From NCBI GenBank assembly GCA_964446255.1, contig CAYUNX010000001.1, positions 9,729 to 73,728 on the forward strand: DNA of 64,000 nt, written 5' to 3'. This document shows, piece by piece, positions 25,292 through 35,120 of this stretch; position 1 is the first letter of the stretch; the number at the start of each line of letters is the position of its first letter. Under the pieces are notes generated by a model. It ran no database searches, had not been told where the DNA came from, and worked only from the letters and a program-made list of their open reading frames with translations. Both the position numbers and the translations under genes were made by a program. The DNA is from an uncultured Candidatus Saccharibacteria bacterium. GTDB taxonomy: Bacteria > Patescibacteriota > Saccharimonadia > Saccharimonadales > UBA4665.

Positions 25292-26499
25292 CCACGCTTC
25301 GCAAAGGAAACATCCGGCTCGCACTCCATAGTCTAGGAACTAACAAAGGTCGTAGTTTCTTGACGATGATTGGCATTATTATCGGGGTTGCTGCGGTCAT
25401 TATAGTCGTCAGTATTGGTGAAGGTGTAAAGCAGCAAGTCAGTGGCCAGACCGCACGCTTTGGGCGTGATGTTCTCGTTGTACGGTCGAGCCCGAACCGA
25501 CACACACCTTCTGTGGGAGGTATGATTGTTGGTGGTGCGCGTTCACTGTCTAGTAAAGATATTGACACGGTGCGAGGCACGGCTGACATTATTCAGACTG
25601 TGCCCTTAGGTACAGTCATCGGAGCAGTCCAGGCCGATCGCGTTGTCGACGATCCGCTCATTGTAGCCACGACACCAGATTTCTTTACTGTGGCGAAACA
25701 CCCAATCGAGTATGGTGGTTTTTTTGACGCTGAACCCGACAGCCGCACAGCAGTACTTGGTCCGAGCATCGCCCAGAAATTGTTTGAAGACAATGTGCCA
25801 TTAGGTCAAAGCTTTACGTACCGCGGAGAGAAGTTTATGGTAGCTGGAGTTTTCAAGCGTTTTGCTGCACCACCCCTTTCGGTTGAGGCAGACTACAACG
25901 AAGCCGTCTTTATCCCGTACACCAGTGCACGTAGTCTGCTCGGTACCGACCCCGAAACTTACCAGATTTTAGCAAAAGTCAAAACAGGTGTGTCGGTCGG
26001 TACAGTAGCAAAAGCGCTTGATGCTCGGCTCGTCGCTTCCCACGGCGGCACACATGACACAGCGGTTGAATCGGTCGAAACAGTGCATAATGCATCAGAC
26101 GATACGTTGCAACTTCTTACGCTCATGACTATTGGTGTCGCGGTAATTGCTTTTGTGGTTGGCGGCATTGGCATTATGAATGTTATGTTGGTGAGTGTAA
26201 CTGAACGTACCCAAGAGGTTGGACTGCGTAAAGCTATCGGTGCGACCAATCAGCAGATCTTACGACAATTCGTCACTGAGGCACTCGTACTCAGTGTCAT
26301 TGGTGCCGTAATTGGGGTCATACTTGCACTAATCGTGATTGGGCTCATGCGACTTTATACAACGCTTCAGCCTGTGCCGGTTTGGCCAGTTGTCGCTATT
26401 GTTCCACTCGTCGCGATTGCTAGTGGTGTACTATTTGGCACTTACCCCGCCGCCAAGGCTGCCGCCAAAGACCCCATCGAAGCCCTCCGCCACCAGTAG
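25288..26499 (+). CDS. ABC transporter permease (FtsX/MacB-type)
   Basis: 4-nt overlap with the ATPase gene. N-terminal TM helix, a large periplasmic-type domain, then three C-terminal TM helices typical of FtsX-like permeases. Confidence 0.8.
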   Translation: MTTLRKGNIRLALHSLGTNKGRSFLTMIGIIIGVAAVIIVVSIGEGVKQQVSGQTARFGRDVLVVRSSPNRHTPSVGGMIVGGARSLSSKDIDTVRGTADIIQTVPLGTVIGAVQADRVVDDPLIVATTPDFFTVAKHPIEYGGFFDAEPDSRTAVLGPSIAQKLFEDNVPLGQSFTYRGEKFMVAGVFKRFAAPPLSVEADYNEAVFIPYTSARSLLGTDPETYQILAKVKTGVSVGTVAKALDARLVASHGGTHDTAVESVETVHNASDDTLQLLTLMTIGVAVIAFVVGGIGIMNVMLVSVTERTQEVGLRKAIGATNQQILRQFVTEALVLSVIGAVIGVILALIVIGLMRLYTTLQPVPVWPVVAIVPLVAIASGVLFGTYPAAKAAAKDPIEALRHQ

Positions 26500-26540
26500 T
26501 AGTTCGCTATTTTTACAGAGTACCTAATTAGTATAAATTA

Positions 26541-27989
26541 CTAGAACAGTGACCAGATGGCAGATATGCCAGCGACTGTCATGAGGAGTGTTGTTGCCCA
26601 ACCAATCACCGTTGTGATAGGTTTGTTGACCCAACGACCCATGACTTGCTTGTTGCTGCTGATTTTGACGATGAAAAAGAGTATCAGTGGCGCGACAATG
26701 CCATTGCCAACGGCAGCATAGATGAGCGCTTTAATGGGGTCGAGCCCGACAAAGTTGAGCCCAAGCCCTACGAGCATGGAGATAATGATTACACCGTAAA
26801 AAGAGTAAGCTTGGTTTAGGTTTCTGTTCAGGCCGCTGTGCCAATTGAGGCTCTCGGCTATAGCATAGCTACTGCTACCGGCTAGAACCGGTATCGAGAG
26901 GAGCCCAGTGCCGATTATGCCAATCGCAAAGAGGAAATACGTTGCCTCTCCCGCAAATGGGCGCAGTGCCTCGGCGGCTTGCGCGGCGCTTGTAATCTCT
27001 GTTATGCCATTCGGGAAGAGTATGCCACCACAGGCAGCGATGATGAAAAACATGACGACATTGCTCAGCAGCATGCCGCTCCAGACATCAATGCGCATTC
27101 TTTTAATTGCGCTTGGTTCGGTAGCAGCGCTACGTGCCCGCTGAGTTGTTTTACCGGCTGCGATTTCTTCCTCGACTTCTTGCGAAGTCTGCCAAAAGAA
27201 CAGATACGGCGAGATGGTGGTGCCTAAGATAGCACAGACGATAAGTAAACTCTCTCGGCTGAACTCAATATTCGGAATAAGTGAGTTGTGCAGTGCACTG
27301 CTCCAATCGATATGCGCCAATGCGGCCGACACAATGTAACTGAGGAGCACAAGCGCAAGCCATTTGAGCCATTTGGCGTACTTGGCGTAGGGCGTAAAGA
27401 CTTGCATGAGCAGACTAATGAGGGCGAAGCCGACGACCAGCCACCAAAACTTGAGCCCCGGGTCGAGAAGTTGGGCAGCCTTGGCCATTGCACCTAAGTT
27501 GGCACCGATGTTGAAGGTGTTGGTAGCAAAAAGTAACAACGTAGCAACACGAAGGGCGCGGCGAGAGTAGTGGCGTCGAATGTTGCCGGCGAGTCCCCTA
27601 CCCGTCACGAGGCCGATGCGGGCGCACATTTCCTGCACAGTGCTCATGAGTGGGAACGTCCATAAACTGAGCCAAAGGTAGCTAAAGCCGTAGCGGGCAC
27701 CAGCTTGACTGTAGGTGGCGATACCCGAGGGGTCGTCATCGCTCGCACCAGTGGTTAGGCCGGGGCCTAGCGTGTGCCAAAATTGCTTAGCCTTGGTTGT
27801 TGCATATACCGGTGTGAGCTGTTCGGGGACGGCCGCGAGCATTTTGGTGCCAGCCAGCATTGTCCCATCGACCATTCGGGTACCCACTTTCACGCTACTT
27901 TCTAGCGCTCGTGCAGGTAGCTCGGCACCTCGTTCGAGCAGCATATCGGGGTCTAGTCTTGATCGGATTTTTTTATCTTCTGGTGGCAT
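26541..27989 (-). CDS. mntH: Nramp-family divalent metal transporter
   Basis: GASDDDPSGIATYSQAGARYGF motif and about 11 hydrophobic segments. Start set at ATG 27989. Confidence 0.8.
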   Translation of the reverse strand: MPPEDKKIRSRLDPDMLLERGAELPARALESSVKVGTRMVDGTMLAGTKMLAAVPEQLTPVYATTKAKQFWHTLGPGLTTGASDDDPSGIATYSQAGARYGFSYLWLSLWTFPLMSTVQEMCARIGLVTGRGLAGNIRRHYSRRALRVATLLLFATNTFNIGANLGAMAKAAQLLDPGLKFWWLVVGFALISLLMQVFTPYAKYAKWLKWLALVLLSYIVSAALAHIDWSSALHNSLIPNIEFSRESLLIVCAILGTTISPYLFFWQTSQEVEEEIAAGKTTQRARSAATEPSAIKRMRIDVWSGMLLSNVVMFFIIAACGGILFPNGITEITSAAQAAEALRPFAGEATYFLFAIGIIGTGLLSIPVLAGSSSYAIAESLNWHSGLNRNLNQAYSFYGVIIISMLVGLGLNFVGLDPIKALIYAAVGNGIVAPLILFFIVKISSNKQVMGRWVNKPITTVIGWATTLLMTVAGISAIWSLF

Positions 27990-28173
27990 AATTGCACTTA
28001 TTAACTTAAGCAGTATTGTACCACCACCGCTCAATTCCACGAAGCTCCACCACTGTCCACGATTCCTTTGTATCTCCCGTTCTATCTTTAACCATTAAAT
28101 AGATTACGCAGGTGTACAATCTATTTAACGATTTATGTCTATGAGACCGCGGTTTTTTGGGTATGGTTTGGTG

Positions 28174-29148
28174 TTAAATGAGAAAGTTTATCAGGTAGCC
28201 GATGGCGATTATGCCGAGGGTGACAGTACCGAAAAACCAAGCGAGCAATTTGGCGCTCATGATTTTTTTAAGTATTAATGCCTCGGGAAACGATAACCCG
28301 ATGGTCGCCATGAGAACAACCATAGCCGTTCCAATTGCAACCCCTTTTGCGACCAATGCCTCTACGATGGGCACTACACCAACAGCGTTTGCGTAGATGG
28401 GCACAGACAAAACCGCAGCCAGAGGTACGGACCACCATGAGCCACTGTCAAGGATGGTTTCTAGGTAACCTGCGGGTACGATGTTATGGATTGCGGCACC
28501 GACGGCAACTCCGATGAGCACATACGGGATAAGCTTTTTAGAGATAGACCAGCCTTCATGCCACCAATCCAACCATAGCTTTGACTGATACGTAGAAATT
28601 GGATTTGTTGTCGTCTTGACGTGTTTTGTTAGATTAAGGATGTCAGCATTAATGTGTTTAGCCGTATCGACTCGGCGTAGCAAGAACCCACCAAGCATAC
28701 TCACTACCATGCCAGCAACGATATAAATGACCATTACTTTTAAGCCAAAAATGCCACCGAGCATAACTATGGCGGTTTCACTCAATAGTGGTGAAGCGAT
28801 AAGAAAAGTCAGTGTGACGCCGAGTGGTATGCCCGCACCAAGAAAACCGACAAAGAGCGGGATTGATGAACATGAGCAAAACGGGGTGACGAGACCTAGC
28901 CCGGCTGCCAGAAAATAATCGAAGCCGTACCATTGGCGGCTTGCCAGGAAATTACGGATTCGTTCAATTGGCAAAAAGTGGCGTACGATAGCCATGATGT
29001 AATTGATTATCAGCAGAAGCGCGATAATTTTGAGACTATCATAAATAAAATGATTACTAGCTTCGGTCAGGTGGTTGCCCTTATCAAGTGAAAGCAATCC
29101 GTAGGTAAACCGGTCGGCAACCCACTGGGATGGGGCAAATATATCCAT
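28174..29148 (-). CDS. Permease (DUF318/ArsP-like, tentative)
   Basis: Polytopic membrane protein with TPFCSCSSIP Cys motif. In an operon with a thioredoxin-fold protein and ArsR. Confidence 0.55.
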   Translation of the reverse strand: MDIFAPSQWVADRFTYGLLSLDKGNHLTEASNHFIYDSLKIIALLLIINYIMAIVRHFLPIERIRNFLASRQWYGFDYFLAAGLGLVTPFCSCSSIPLFVGFLGAGIPLGVTLTFLIASPLLSETAIVMLGGIFGLKVMVIYIVAGMVVSMLGGFLLRRVDTAKHINADILNLTKHVKTTTNPISTYQSKLWLDWWHEGWSISKKLIPYVLIGVAVGAAIHNIVPAGYLETILDSGSWWSVPLAAVLSVPIYANAVGVVPIVEALVAKGVAIGTAMVVLMATIGLSFPEALILKKIMSAKLLAWFFGTVTLGIIAIGYLINFLI

Positions 29149-29149
29149 T

Positions 29150-29404
29150 TTAGTACTCTGCCACAGCGAGGATGCGGTCTTTTATAACTTCTATGCTCGG
29201 CTCGAAGCCTACAATCGCAACAGCCCCGTTGACAGTGATGGCTGGTGCGCGGACAAGTCCGAGCTCCATAATGCGCTGCATGCCTTCTTGTCCGACGACA
29301 TACTCAACGGTAGTTTCTGTACCAATCCGTTCAGCGGCGCGTTGTGTCAATGCGTAGAGCTGTTTACACGTAGCACATCCAGAGCCAATTACTTCGATAC
29401 GCAT
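29150..29404 (-). CDS. Small thioredoxin-fold redox protein
   Basis: 84 aa. N-terminal CATC (CxxC) motif directly after the first beta-strand (MRIEVIGSGCATCK). Confidence 0.65.
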   Translation of the reverse strand: MRIEVIGSGCATCKQLYALTQRAAERIGTETTVEYVVGQEGMQRIMELGLVRAPAITVNGAVAIVGFEPSIEVIKDRILAVAEY

Positions 29405-29742
29405 GGTGTTTTCTCACCTTCTTTGTGCTTTAAACTCAAGACTATTTGCAGCACTCGCTTGCCCTCGTCGGTTAGGCGGTAATAGACTCGAAGACCCTTT
29501 TTCTCGCCCTCGATGAGCGCGGCCTTACGGAGGTCGGCAAGATGGTGCGACAGTAGGCTCTGCGATATGGTTGGCATATGATCATTGAATTCGCAGACAC
29601 AATGCTCGCTTTCGTCGGCGAGTAAGCACAAAATACGCAAGCGATTTGGCTCGGCAACTAGTTTGAGTGTAGCTGAAAGTTCTGCGATGTCGGTCGCAGT
29701 AGCGGAAAGGTTGGCGCAACAACTACATGAATACATATTCAT
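29389..29742 (-). CDS. ArsR/SmtB-family metalloregulator
   Basis: LRILCLL..HCVCEFNDHMPTISQSLLSHHLADLRKAALI winged-HTH with CVC metal motif. Start at ATG 29742. Confidence 0.75.
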   Translation of the reverse strand: MNMYSCSCCANLSATATDIAELSATLKLVAEPNRLRILCLLADESEHCVCEFNDHMPTISQSLLSHHLADLRKAALIEGEKKGLRVYYRLTDEGKRVLQIVLSLKHKEGEKTPCVSK

Positions 29743-29760
29743 ATAGTATAGTACATGAAG
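29727..29760. promoter_or_regulatory. Candidate ArsR/SmtB operator (TGAA/TTCA half-sites)
   Basis: Half-sites ATGAAT (29727-32), ATTCAT (29737-42) and ATGAAG (29755-60). An imperfect 22-bp palindrome TTCATATAGTA|TAGTACATGAA spans the arsR start. Confidence 0.35.
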
Positions 29761-29799
29761 TTTGATTGCAAGTGGTATCATTGAAATGGAGAAACTACT

Positions 29800-30060
29800 A
29801 TGCAAACAATGATTATCGATGTCCGAGAACCACACGAATACGCCATGGGGCATGTGACAGGTGCGTTGAACCTACCGCCGGTTGCGCTCATGGCGGGCGC
29901 CAAGATGCTGGCTGGGATTCCTAAAGACACGCAGTTAGTGCTCTACTGCCGTACAGGCGCACGGTCTAATGCTAGTGCGCACTACCTCAAACAGATGGGA
30001 TTTACGAATATCGTGAACGGCATCAACCAAGCTCACGTCGAAAAAAATTACCTGAAATAG
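29800..30060 (+). CDS. Rhodanese-domain protein
   Basis: 86 aa. Active-site loop YCRTGARS. GGAG lies upstream of the ATG. Confidence 0.8.
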   Translation: MQTMIIDVREPHEYAMGHVTGALNLPPVALMAGAKMLAGIPKDTQLVLYCRTGARSNASAHYLKQMGFTNIVNGINQAHVEKNYLK

Positions 30061-30063
30061 ATG

Positions 30064-30690
30064 TTAAAGGCCTTGGGTGAAGAAATCCCAAAATCTCAGG
30101 AAAATGCTGGCTATGATGATGAGGAACATGGCGACAAGTATGTCGACGTGATGACGAACGGCGAAATCGCCTGGTTTTTTGAGAGATTTTGGCAACGTAA
30201 CGTTCCCCGTCTTGATGTTATAAACCGTCGTGTACCAAGCAGCCGTCAAGATAACAGTCCAAGTCAGCATGCAGTAAGGACAGAGGTGTCTAAGCACAAA
30301 TAAACTTTGGGCGAAGAACCACGAAATGAATAGTATGCCACCGAGCATGCCTACTTGCAGCCCTTGCCAGATCCAGCGTGGGAGCTTAACGCCTGAAAGT
30401 AGTAGCACTCCAAGAGTTGTGATGACAGCAAAGGCTGGTAGCCCAAGGAACTGATTGGGGATACCAAAGAAAACGTGGCCCTGCCATGTGTCGAGGATAC
30501 TGCCACATCCGATGAGTGGGTTGAGGTCGCAAGCTAGTTGTTGGGTCGGGTTTTTGATGTAATGGAACTCTTCTATACTTAGCATCAGTGATGCAAATAG
30601 ACCACCAGCGCCAGTGACCGTAAGCACCCAAGCTGTGAGGCGCTCAAAATTAGTTGGCTTCTTTTTAACATCTGGTTTTGTAGATTTCAT
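30064..30690 (-). CDS. Vitamin K epoxide reductase (VKOR) family protein
   Basis: Loop cysteines CDLNPLIGC and the CPYC redox motif, within a four-to-five-helix membrane protein. Confidence 0.75.
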   Translation of the reverse strand: MKSTKPDVKKKPTNFERLTAWVLTVTGAGGLFASLMLSIEEFHYIKNPTQQLACDLNPLIGCGSILDTWQGHVFFGIPNQFLGLPAFAVITTLGVLLLSGVKLPRWIWQGLQVGMLGGILFISWFFAQSLFVLRHLCPYCMLTWTVILTAAWYTTVYNIKTGNVTLPKSLKKPGDFAVRHHVDILVAMFLIIIASIFLRFWDFFTQGL

Positions 30691-30744
30691 AGAACTCCTT
30701 GGAATATTGTAAGTGAATAAAGTTTATGCAAAATGCTTGAGTGA

Positions 30745-31920
30745 TTATTCTGTACTACAAGCACCTGTTGATATGCTTCGGGTCGCTGATTTAGCGGCAT
30801 TTAGCTCATCGATGATTTGTGGCAAACTCAAACCGTAACCTACATTATTGTACGATGTAGAAGTACCAAAGACAACGCCAACCACTCTTCCCTGTTTGTC
30901 AAGAATAGGCCCGCCAGAATTACCAGGTATGACAGCCGTCTGCATGACATATACATTGCGTATAGTTTTGGATTGTCCGTAAATATCACGCCCAAGTGCA
31001 TTAATGCGATCGAGAATAATGGCAGTTTGCGCTTTGAGTTCACCGCCGCCCGGGTAACCAATTATTATAGCCGCAGCATCTATCTCAAGAGGCGGTGTAC
31101 TCAGCGGTAAGGGCTTTCCCGATAAACCATCTACCACCAGAACCGCAATGTCGTACTTTGCATCAAAAAGCACAACTCGGGCATCGTGCGTACCGTTGGC
31201 GTCATAGACTTTGGGGTTGGTGACGCCTGCTACAACATGGGCGTTGGTAACGACACGATTTTTTGTTAACACCCAACCGCTGCCATTGACGACGCCGCCA
31301 CAACCGAGTCCTTGGACGCGCACAACAGATGGCGAAACCTTGTCAATGATACTCGTATAGTCACTCAGTGGGGGCATCGTGCGGTTGGCGTCTGGAGAAG
31401 GCTCGCGGCCACTGAAAACAAGTGGTGTATCGTTAGGGTTGATGAGATGGTTTAAGCTCGCCAGCGCCTGAGAAGCCGGTGGTAAATTACGGTCGATAAG
31501 ATTAAAAGTGTATGATTGCCGTGCCAAAATTTGAATTGTACTCGGTGGCAGCAGTGATATGAAGGCTGTCGCTAACCACAATCCAACAATAAATGTAGCA
31601 AAAGCCATGACCGACCCAACTACGTTATCTATATGATCGACGAGCTTACCGACGGTCATATGTGTTTTAAGTCGGAGCCCAACAAATTCACCTAGCATCA
31701 TCATGCCAAAACTCAACACTATAAGCGTTAGTGTGCTGAGTAGCATTTTGAGTGATGCATCACTAGTAAAAGATGCAATCCACTGGCCAAGGGGCACACT
31801 CATGACGAGTCCAGTGATGAATCCTACCGTAGAGCCGAGCTGCCTAACCAGACCAATTTGCTGTCCACGAAGAATAGAACTTATGAGTGCGATAACAACG
31901 ATGACATCGAGTACGTTCAC
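30745..31920 (-). CDS. CvpA-like membrane domain fused to S1C (trypsin-like) serine protease (MarP-like)
   Basis: Four N-terminal TM helices. Protease motifs TNAHVV (His) and GNSGGP (Ser). Confidence 0.7.
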   Translation of the reverse strand: MNVLDVIVVIALISSILRGQQIGLVRQLGSTVGFITGLVMSVPLGQWIASFTSDASLKMLLSTLTLIVLSFGMMMLGEFVGLRLKTHMTVGKLVDHIDNVVGSVMAFATFIVGLWLATAFISLLPPSTIQILARQSYTFNLIDRNLPPASQALASLNHLINPNDTPLVFSGREPSPDANRTMPPLSDYTSIIDKVSPSVVRVQGLGCGGVVNGSGWVLTKNRVVTNAHVVAGVTNPKVYDANGTHDARVVLFDAKYDIAVLVVDGLSGKPLPLSTPPLEIDAAAIIIGYPGGGELKAQTAIILDRINALGRDIYGQSKTIRNVYVMQTAVIPGNSGGPILDKQGRVVGVVFGTSTSYNNVGYGLSLPQIIDELNAAKSATRSISTGACSTE

Positions 31921-31965
31921 GATTTACAGTATACCCTTCCCTGTCGGCTATGCGAAGGTTTGTGC

Positions 31966-33510
31966 TTACAGTCGTTCGTCAAAAATCGGCGTATCTTTGG
32001 GTGTGATATGCCAAAGAACGGACCGGACTGTGTTATTGGTTTGCATGGCATGTGGCCACATCCAGTTGTCTGCAGAGCGAATGACAAATGGCAGCCACCC
32101 TCCGCCCATAATTATCATACCGAGCAGCACAGTGACGACACCATAGACGATGTATCGCCCCCAACCACGAACGTACCTAACCACCACGGCTGCCGCCATG
32201 GCTGCAATAAGCGGTACGATGCAGATGATATATCGAGCGTGGATAGCAGCCGGTACGCCGAGTTGTACATAATCAGTGTAGTTACGATAAAACAGCACGC
32301 CGGTATAAAAGATGGCGGTTATGGCGAACAGTTGCCAGATTGGACTGCTGCGCCACAGCCATACCGCACCTAAGAGAATTATCAGAGATAAAATGGGTAG
32401 GATAATCTTCCCTGCCCTATAGGCGGTTTGCAACGGTTCACCTATAGGGTAATCAAATTGGCGTGGCCCGACTACAAAGAATGCTTCTTGCAGCATTTTT
32501 TTATACCAGTATTTGGGGTATTTTTGTTTGGTTTCGTGTGTCACCGATGCAGGGTAATTTCTCTGTTTATACTCTTCATTACGACCATACGGCGCGTTTG
32601 CCTTGCATGCTTCAACGCTCAGCACTACACCGCAGTCAGGCACCGGTGTGTGGTAGATTATGATATTGCCGCCGATGCGCTGCGCAAAAAGTAATCCAAC
32701 GAATAGGAACGCAAATAGTACCGCCAAACTTTTTGGACGTGATATATTCGCCTTAAACTCGGTGACCATGTCACGCCAATTGAGCTGTTTGCGAAGGAAA
32801 GCGATGATAAACCAAATGAACACATACCCACCTATGGCCAAAGCGAGTGGCAGGAAAGCATATTTGACGATACTTCCCGCCATCAGGATGGTGATAAGCA
32901 ATAAAATATGTGTCAGCGTGACAGTTTTGCGTTCTCGCAGAGCGATTACTAGATTGGTAGCAATGAGTAGCGCTGCACCTGCCATGAGAAACTTTAAATT
33001 GTCATACGTTAGTTGTGCGGCCATCATGACCACCGTTGGCACGAGAGTGAAAAAGAACAATATTATGTGCACTACGCGGCGGGAAAGTCCGGTACGGAGG
33101 AGTAGCTTGCGGTAGAGAACGAGCCCCCAGACAAAGAGAGCGATGTTGATTAGCCTCAGCGCGATAACTTGCGGCATGAGCGTATGCCAGATAGACGAAA
33201 TGATACGGTACGGAAAGCTCATAAGATAGTAGTACAAGAATGATGGGTCACGGGCGAGTGATCCAAGCTCAGCTGGTCCAGCTGGCTGATCTATAAATGG
33301 CGTCAGCCCCTTGGCATACTCTTGGATGATACCGAGATGGAAAAATTCATCATATGCCATCGAGTAAGCGCCAGACAATGCAATCCAGAGTGCTTGAGCA
33401 ACAAAGATGCCGAGCACAAGGTAAAAAAATGTTTTTGAGTCGAGAAAGTTCCCTGCAATCTGGAAGTACCTGCCCAAGCGGGTGCGTTGGCGATGATATT
33501 TTTTAGTCAT
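31966..33510 (-). CDS. GT-C fold glycosyltransferase (ArnT/PMT family-like)
   Basis: 514-aa polytopic membrane protein with an early-loop YDEFFH acidic motif. Confidence 0.55.
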   Translation of the reverse strand: MTKKYHRQRTRLGRYFQIAGNFLDSKTFFYLVLGIFVAQALWIALSGAYSMAYDEFFHLGIIQEYAKGLTPFIDQPAGPAELGSLARDPSFLYYYLMSFPYRIISSIWHTLMPQVIALRLINIALFVWGLVLYRKLLLRTGLSRRVVHIILFFFTLVPTVVMMAAQLTYDNLKFLMAGAALLIATNLVIALRERKTVTLTHILLLITILMAGSIVKYAFLPLALAIGGYVFIWFIIAFLRKQLNWRDMVTEFKANISRPKSLAVLFAFLFVGLLFAQRIGGNIIIYHTPVPDCGVVLSVEACKANAPYGRNEEYKQRNYPASVTHETKQKYPKYWYKKMLQEAFFVVGPRQFDYPIGEPLQTAYRAGKIILPILSLIILLGAVWLWRSSPIWQLFAITAIFYTGVLFYRNYTDYVQLGVPAAIHARYIICIVPLIAAMAAAVVVRYVRGWGRYIVYGVVTVLLGMIIMGGGWLPFVIRSADNWMWPHAMQTNNTVRSVLWHITPKDTPIFDERL

Positions 33511-33635
33511 ATGTCGGTATGTAGTATATCATCAAACAGCTTTTACTTCGGTGGGCTAGAAAGGAGTTGTATGAGATTGCCATCACACATAACGTCTGAT
33601 TTTGGCTCGTAAGTATTAGATGATACAGTGAGCGT

Positions 33636-34718
33636 ATGAAAATAGCAGTTGTAACATGTTATCACGACGCTGATTATGTACGGGCGCGCAGTTTGCGAGC
33701 AGCCGTAGCGGCACAACCGGGCGTAACACCGATTATTATCAAAAATAAAAGTAAGGGGTTTCTGCGCTATCCGCAGGTTTTTTGGCAGATGCTACGGGTC
33801 AAATGGCAACAGAAACCAGCTGCGTTCCTCATTACTTTTCGGGGGCAAGAGATTTTGCCGATTGCCCTTCTAATCGCAGGTCGAACGCCCGTCTGGTTCG
33901 ATGAGTTTATCGTGCCAAGTGCCTATGCTCGTGCCGAAAAACACAAAAAGTCGGTCGGTACGGTAGTGAAACACTCCCTAGCAAAGCTTGGTGGACCACT
34001 TTATAATTTTTGCTTGCGACGATGTAAGATAATTTTAGCCGATACTCAGGCGCATGCTGAGTTGAGTGCGCGTGTATCCGAGATAAACCTTAGTCGCTAC
34101 TTGCCTATACCTGTTGGAACAGATGAGAAATTGTTTAAACCAAGCGACAAGACTAAAAAAGTTGAGCCATTTCAGATTTTTTACTACACGACTGGGATGC
34201 AACCGCTACATGGAATCGATTTTGTACTAGAAGCAGCCGAGCGGTTGGCTGGGGATCGGCGTTTTCAATTCTTACTCGTCGGTGGTAAAAAACCAATGGA
34301 GCAAGCAGTGGCGAACTCAGTGGCCCGGGGTGCCCGGATTGAATATCGCTCATGGGTTCCATTCGATGAGCTGCCAAAAATCATGCGGGAATCTGGCCTG
34401 TGCCTTGGTGGACCATTTGGGGGCACGCAGCAAGCCCAACATGTTATCACCGGTAAAACCTATCAAAGCCTGGCATGTGAAGTTCCAACGGTCGTAGGTT
34501 TAAACATAGCGACGGAACTGTTTTTTAAAGATAAGGTCAATAGTCTGGTACTGCCGCAAAAAGATGTCAATGCACTCATAAGTGCATTTGTCTGGGCATA
34601 TGAAAACCCGCGCGATCTAGCGGGTATCGCCGAGCGAGGCCAAAAGCTGTATCAGCGTGAGTTCTCGAGCGAAGCACTGGCCCGGATCATTGCCCCGCTT
34701 GTCGATACTGTTCGATAG
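33636..34718 (+). CDS. GT-B fold glycosyltransferase (family 1/4-like)
   Basis: 360 aa. The C-terminal half resembles the Glycos_transf_1 pattern. Divergent from the GT-C gene. Confidence 0.6.
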   Translation: MKIAVVTCYHDADYVRARSLRAAVAAQPGVTPIIIKNKSKGFLRYPQVFWQMLRVKWQQKPAAFLITFRGQEILPIALLIAGRTPVWFDEFIVPSAYARAEKHKKSVGTVVKHSLAKLGGPLYNFCLRRCKIILADTQAHAELSARVSEINLSRYLPIPVGTDEKLFKPSDKTKKVEPFQIFYYTTGMQPLHGIDFVLEAAERLAGDRRFQFLLVGGKKPMEQAVANSVARGARIEYRSWVPFDELPKIMRESGLCLGGPFGGTQQAQHVITGKTYQSLACEVPTVVGLNIATELFFKDKVNSLVLPQKDVNALISAFVWAYENPRDLAGIAERGQKLYQREFSSEALARIIAPLVDTVR

Positions 34719-34799
34719 ATTCAATTGTAATTGTTTTTAATACGTTACAAAAAACTCCCGTCTGTGGACGGGAGTTTTTGACGTGTAAACGACGTTCGC

Positions 34800-35120
34800 T
34801 TAGTAGCGGCGATCGTTGTAGCCGCCGCGGTCACCGCCGCCGCCACCGAAGTCACGGCGTGGTGCGCGTGGTTCCTGTGGACGAGCTTCGTTGACAACGA
34901 TTGTGCGGCCTTGCACTTCGCTGTTGTTCAGCTTGTTGATAGCAGCTTTAGCTGCTTCATCATCGTCGAACTCGACAAAACCAAAGCCTTTTGAGCGGTT
35001 GGTCTCGCGGTCGATGATGACCTTAGCTGATGCTACTTGCCCGAACTCTGCAAAGAGCTCTTCTAGGGCGCGGTCGTCGACGCTCCATGGGAGCGATCCG
35101 ACGAAAAGTTTGGTTGCCAT
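34800..35120 (-). CDS. RRM-type RNA-binding protein with Gly/Arg-rich tail
   Basis: RNP2 LFVGSL, RNP1 KGFGFVEF. C-terminal tail RDFGGGGGDRGGY. Confidence 0.85.
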   Translation of the reverse strand: MATKLFVGSLPWSVDDRALEELFAEFGQVASAKVIIDRETNRSKGFGFVEFDDDEAAKAAINKLNNSEVQGRTIVVNEARPQEPRAPRRDFGGGGGDRGGYNDRRY

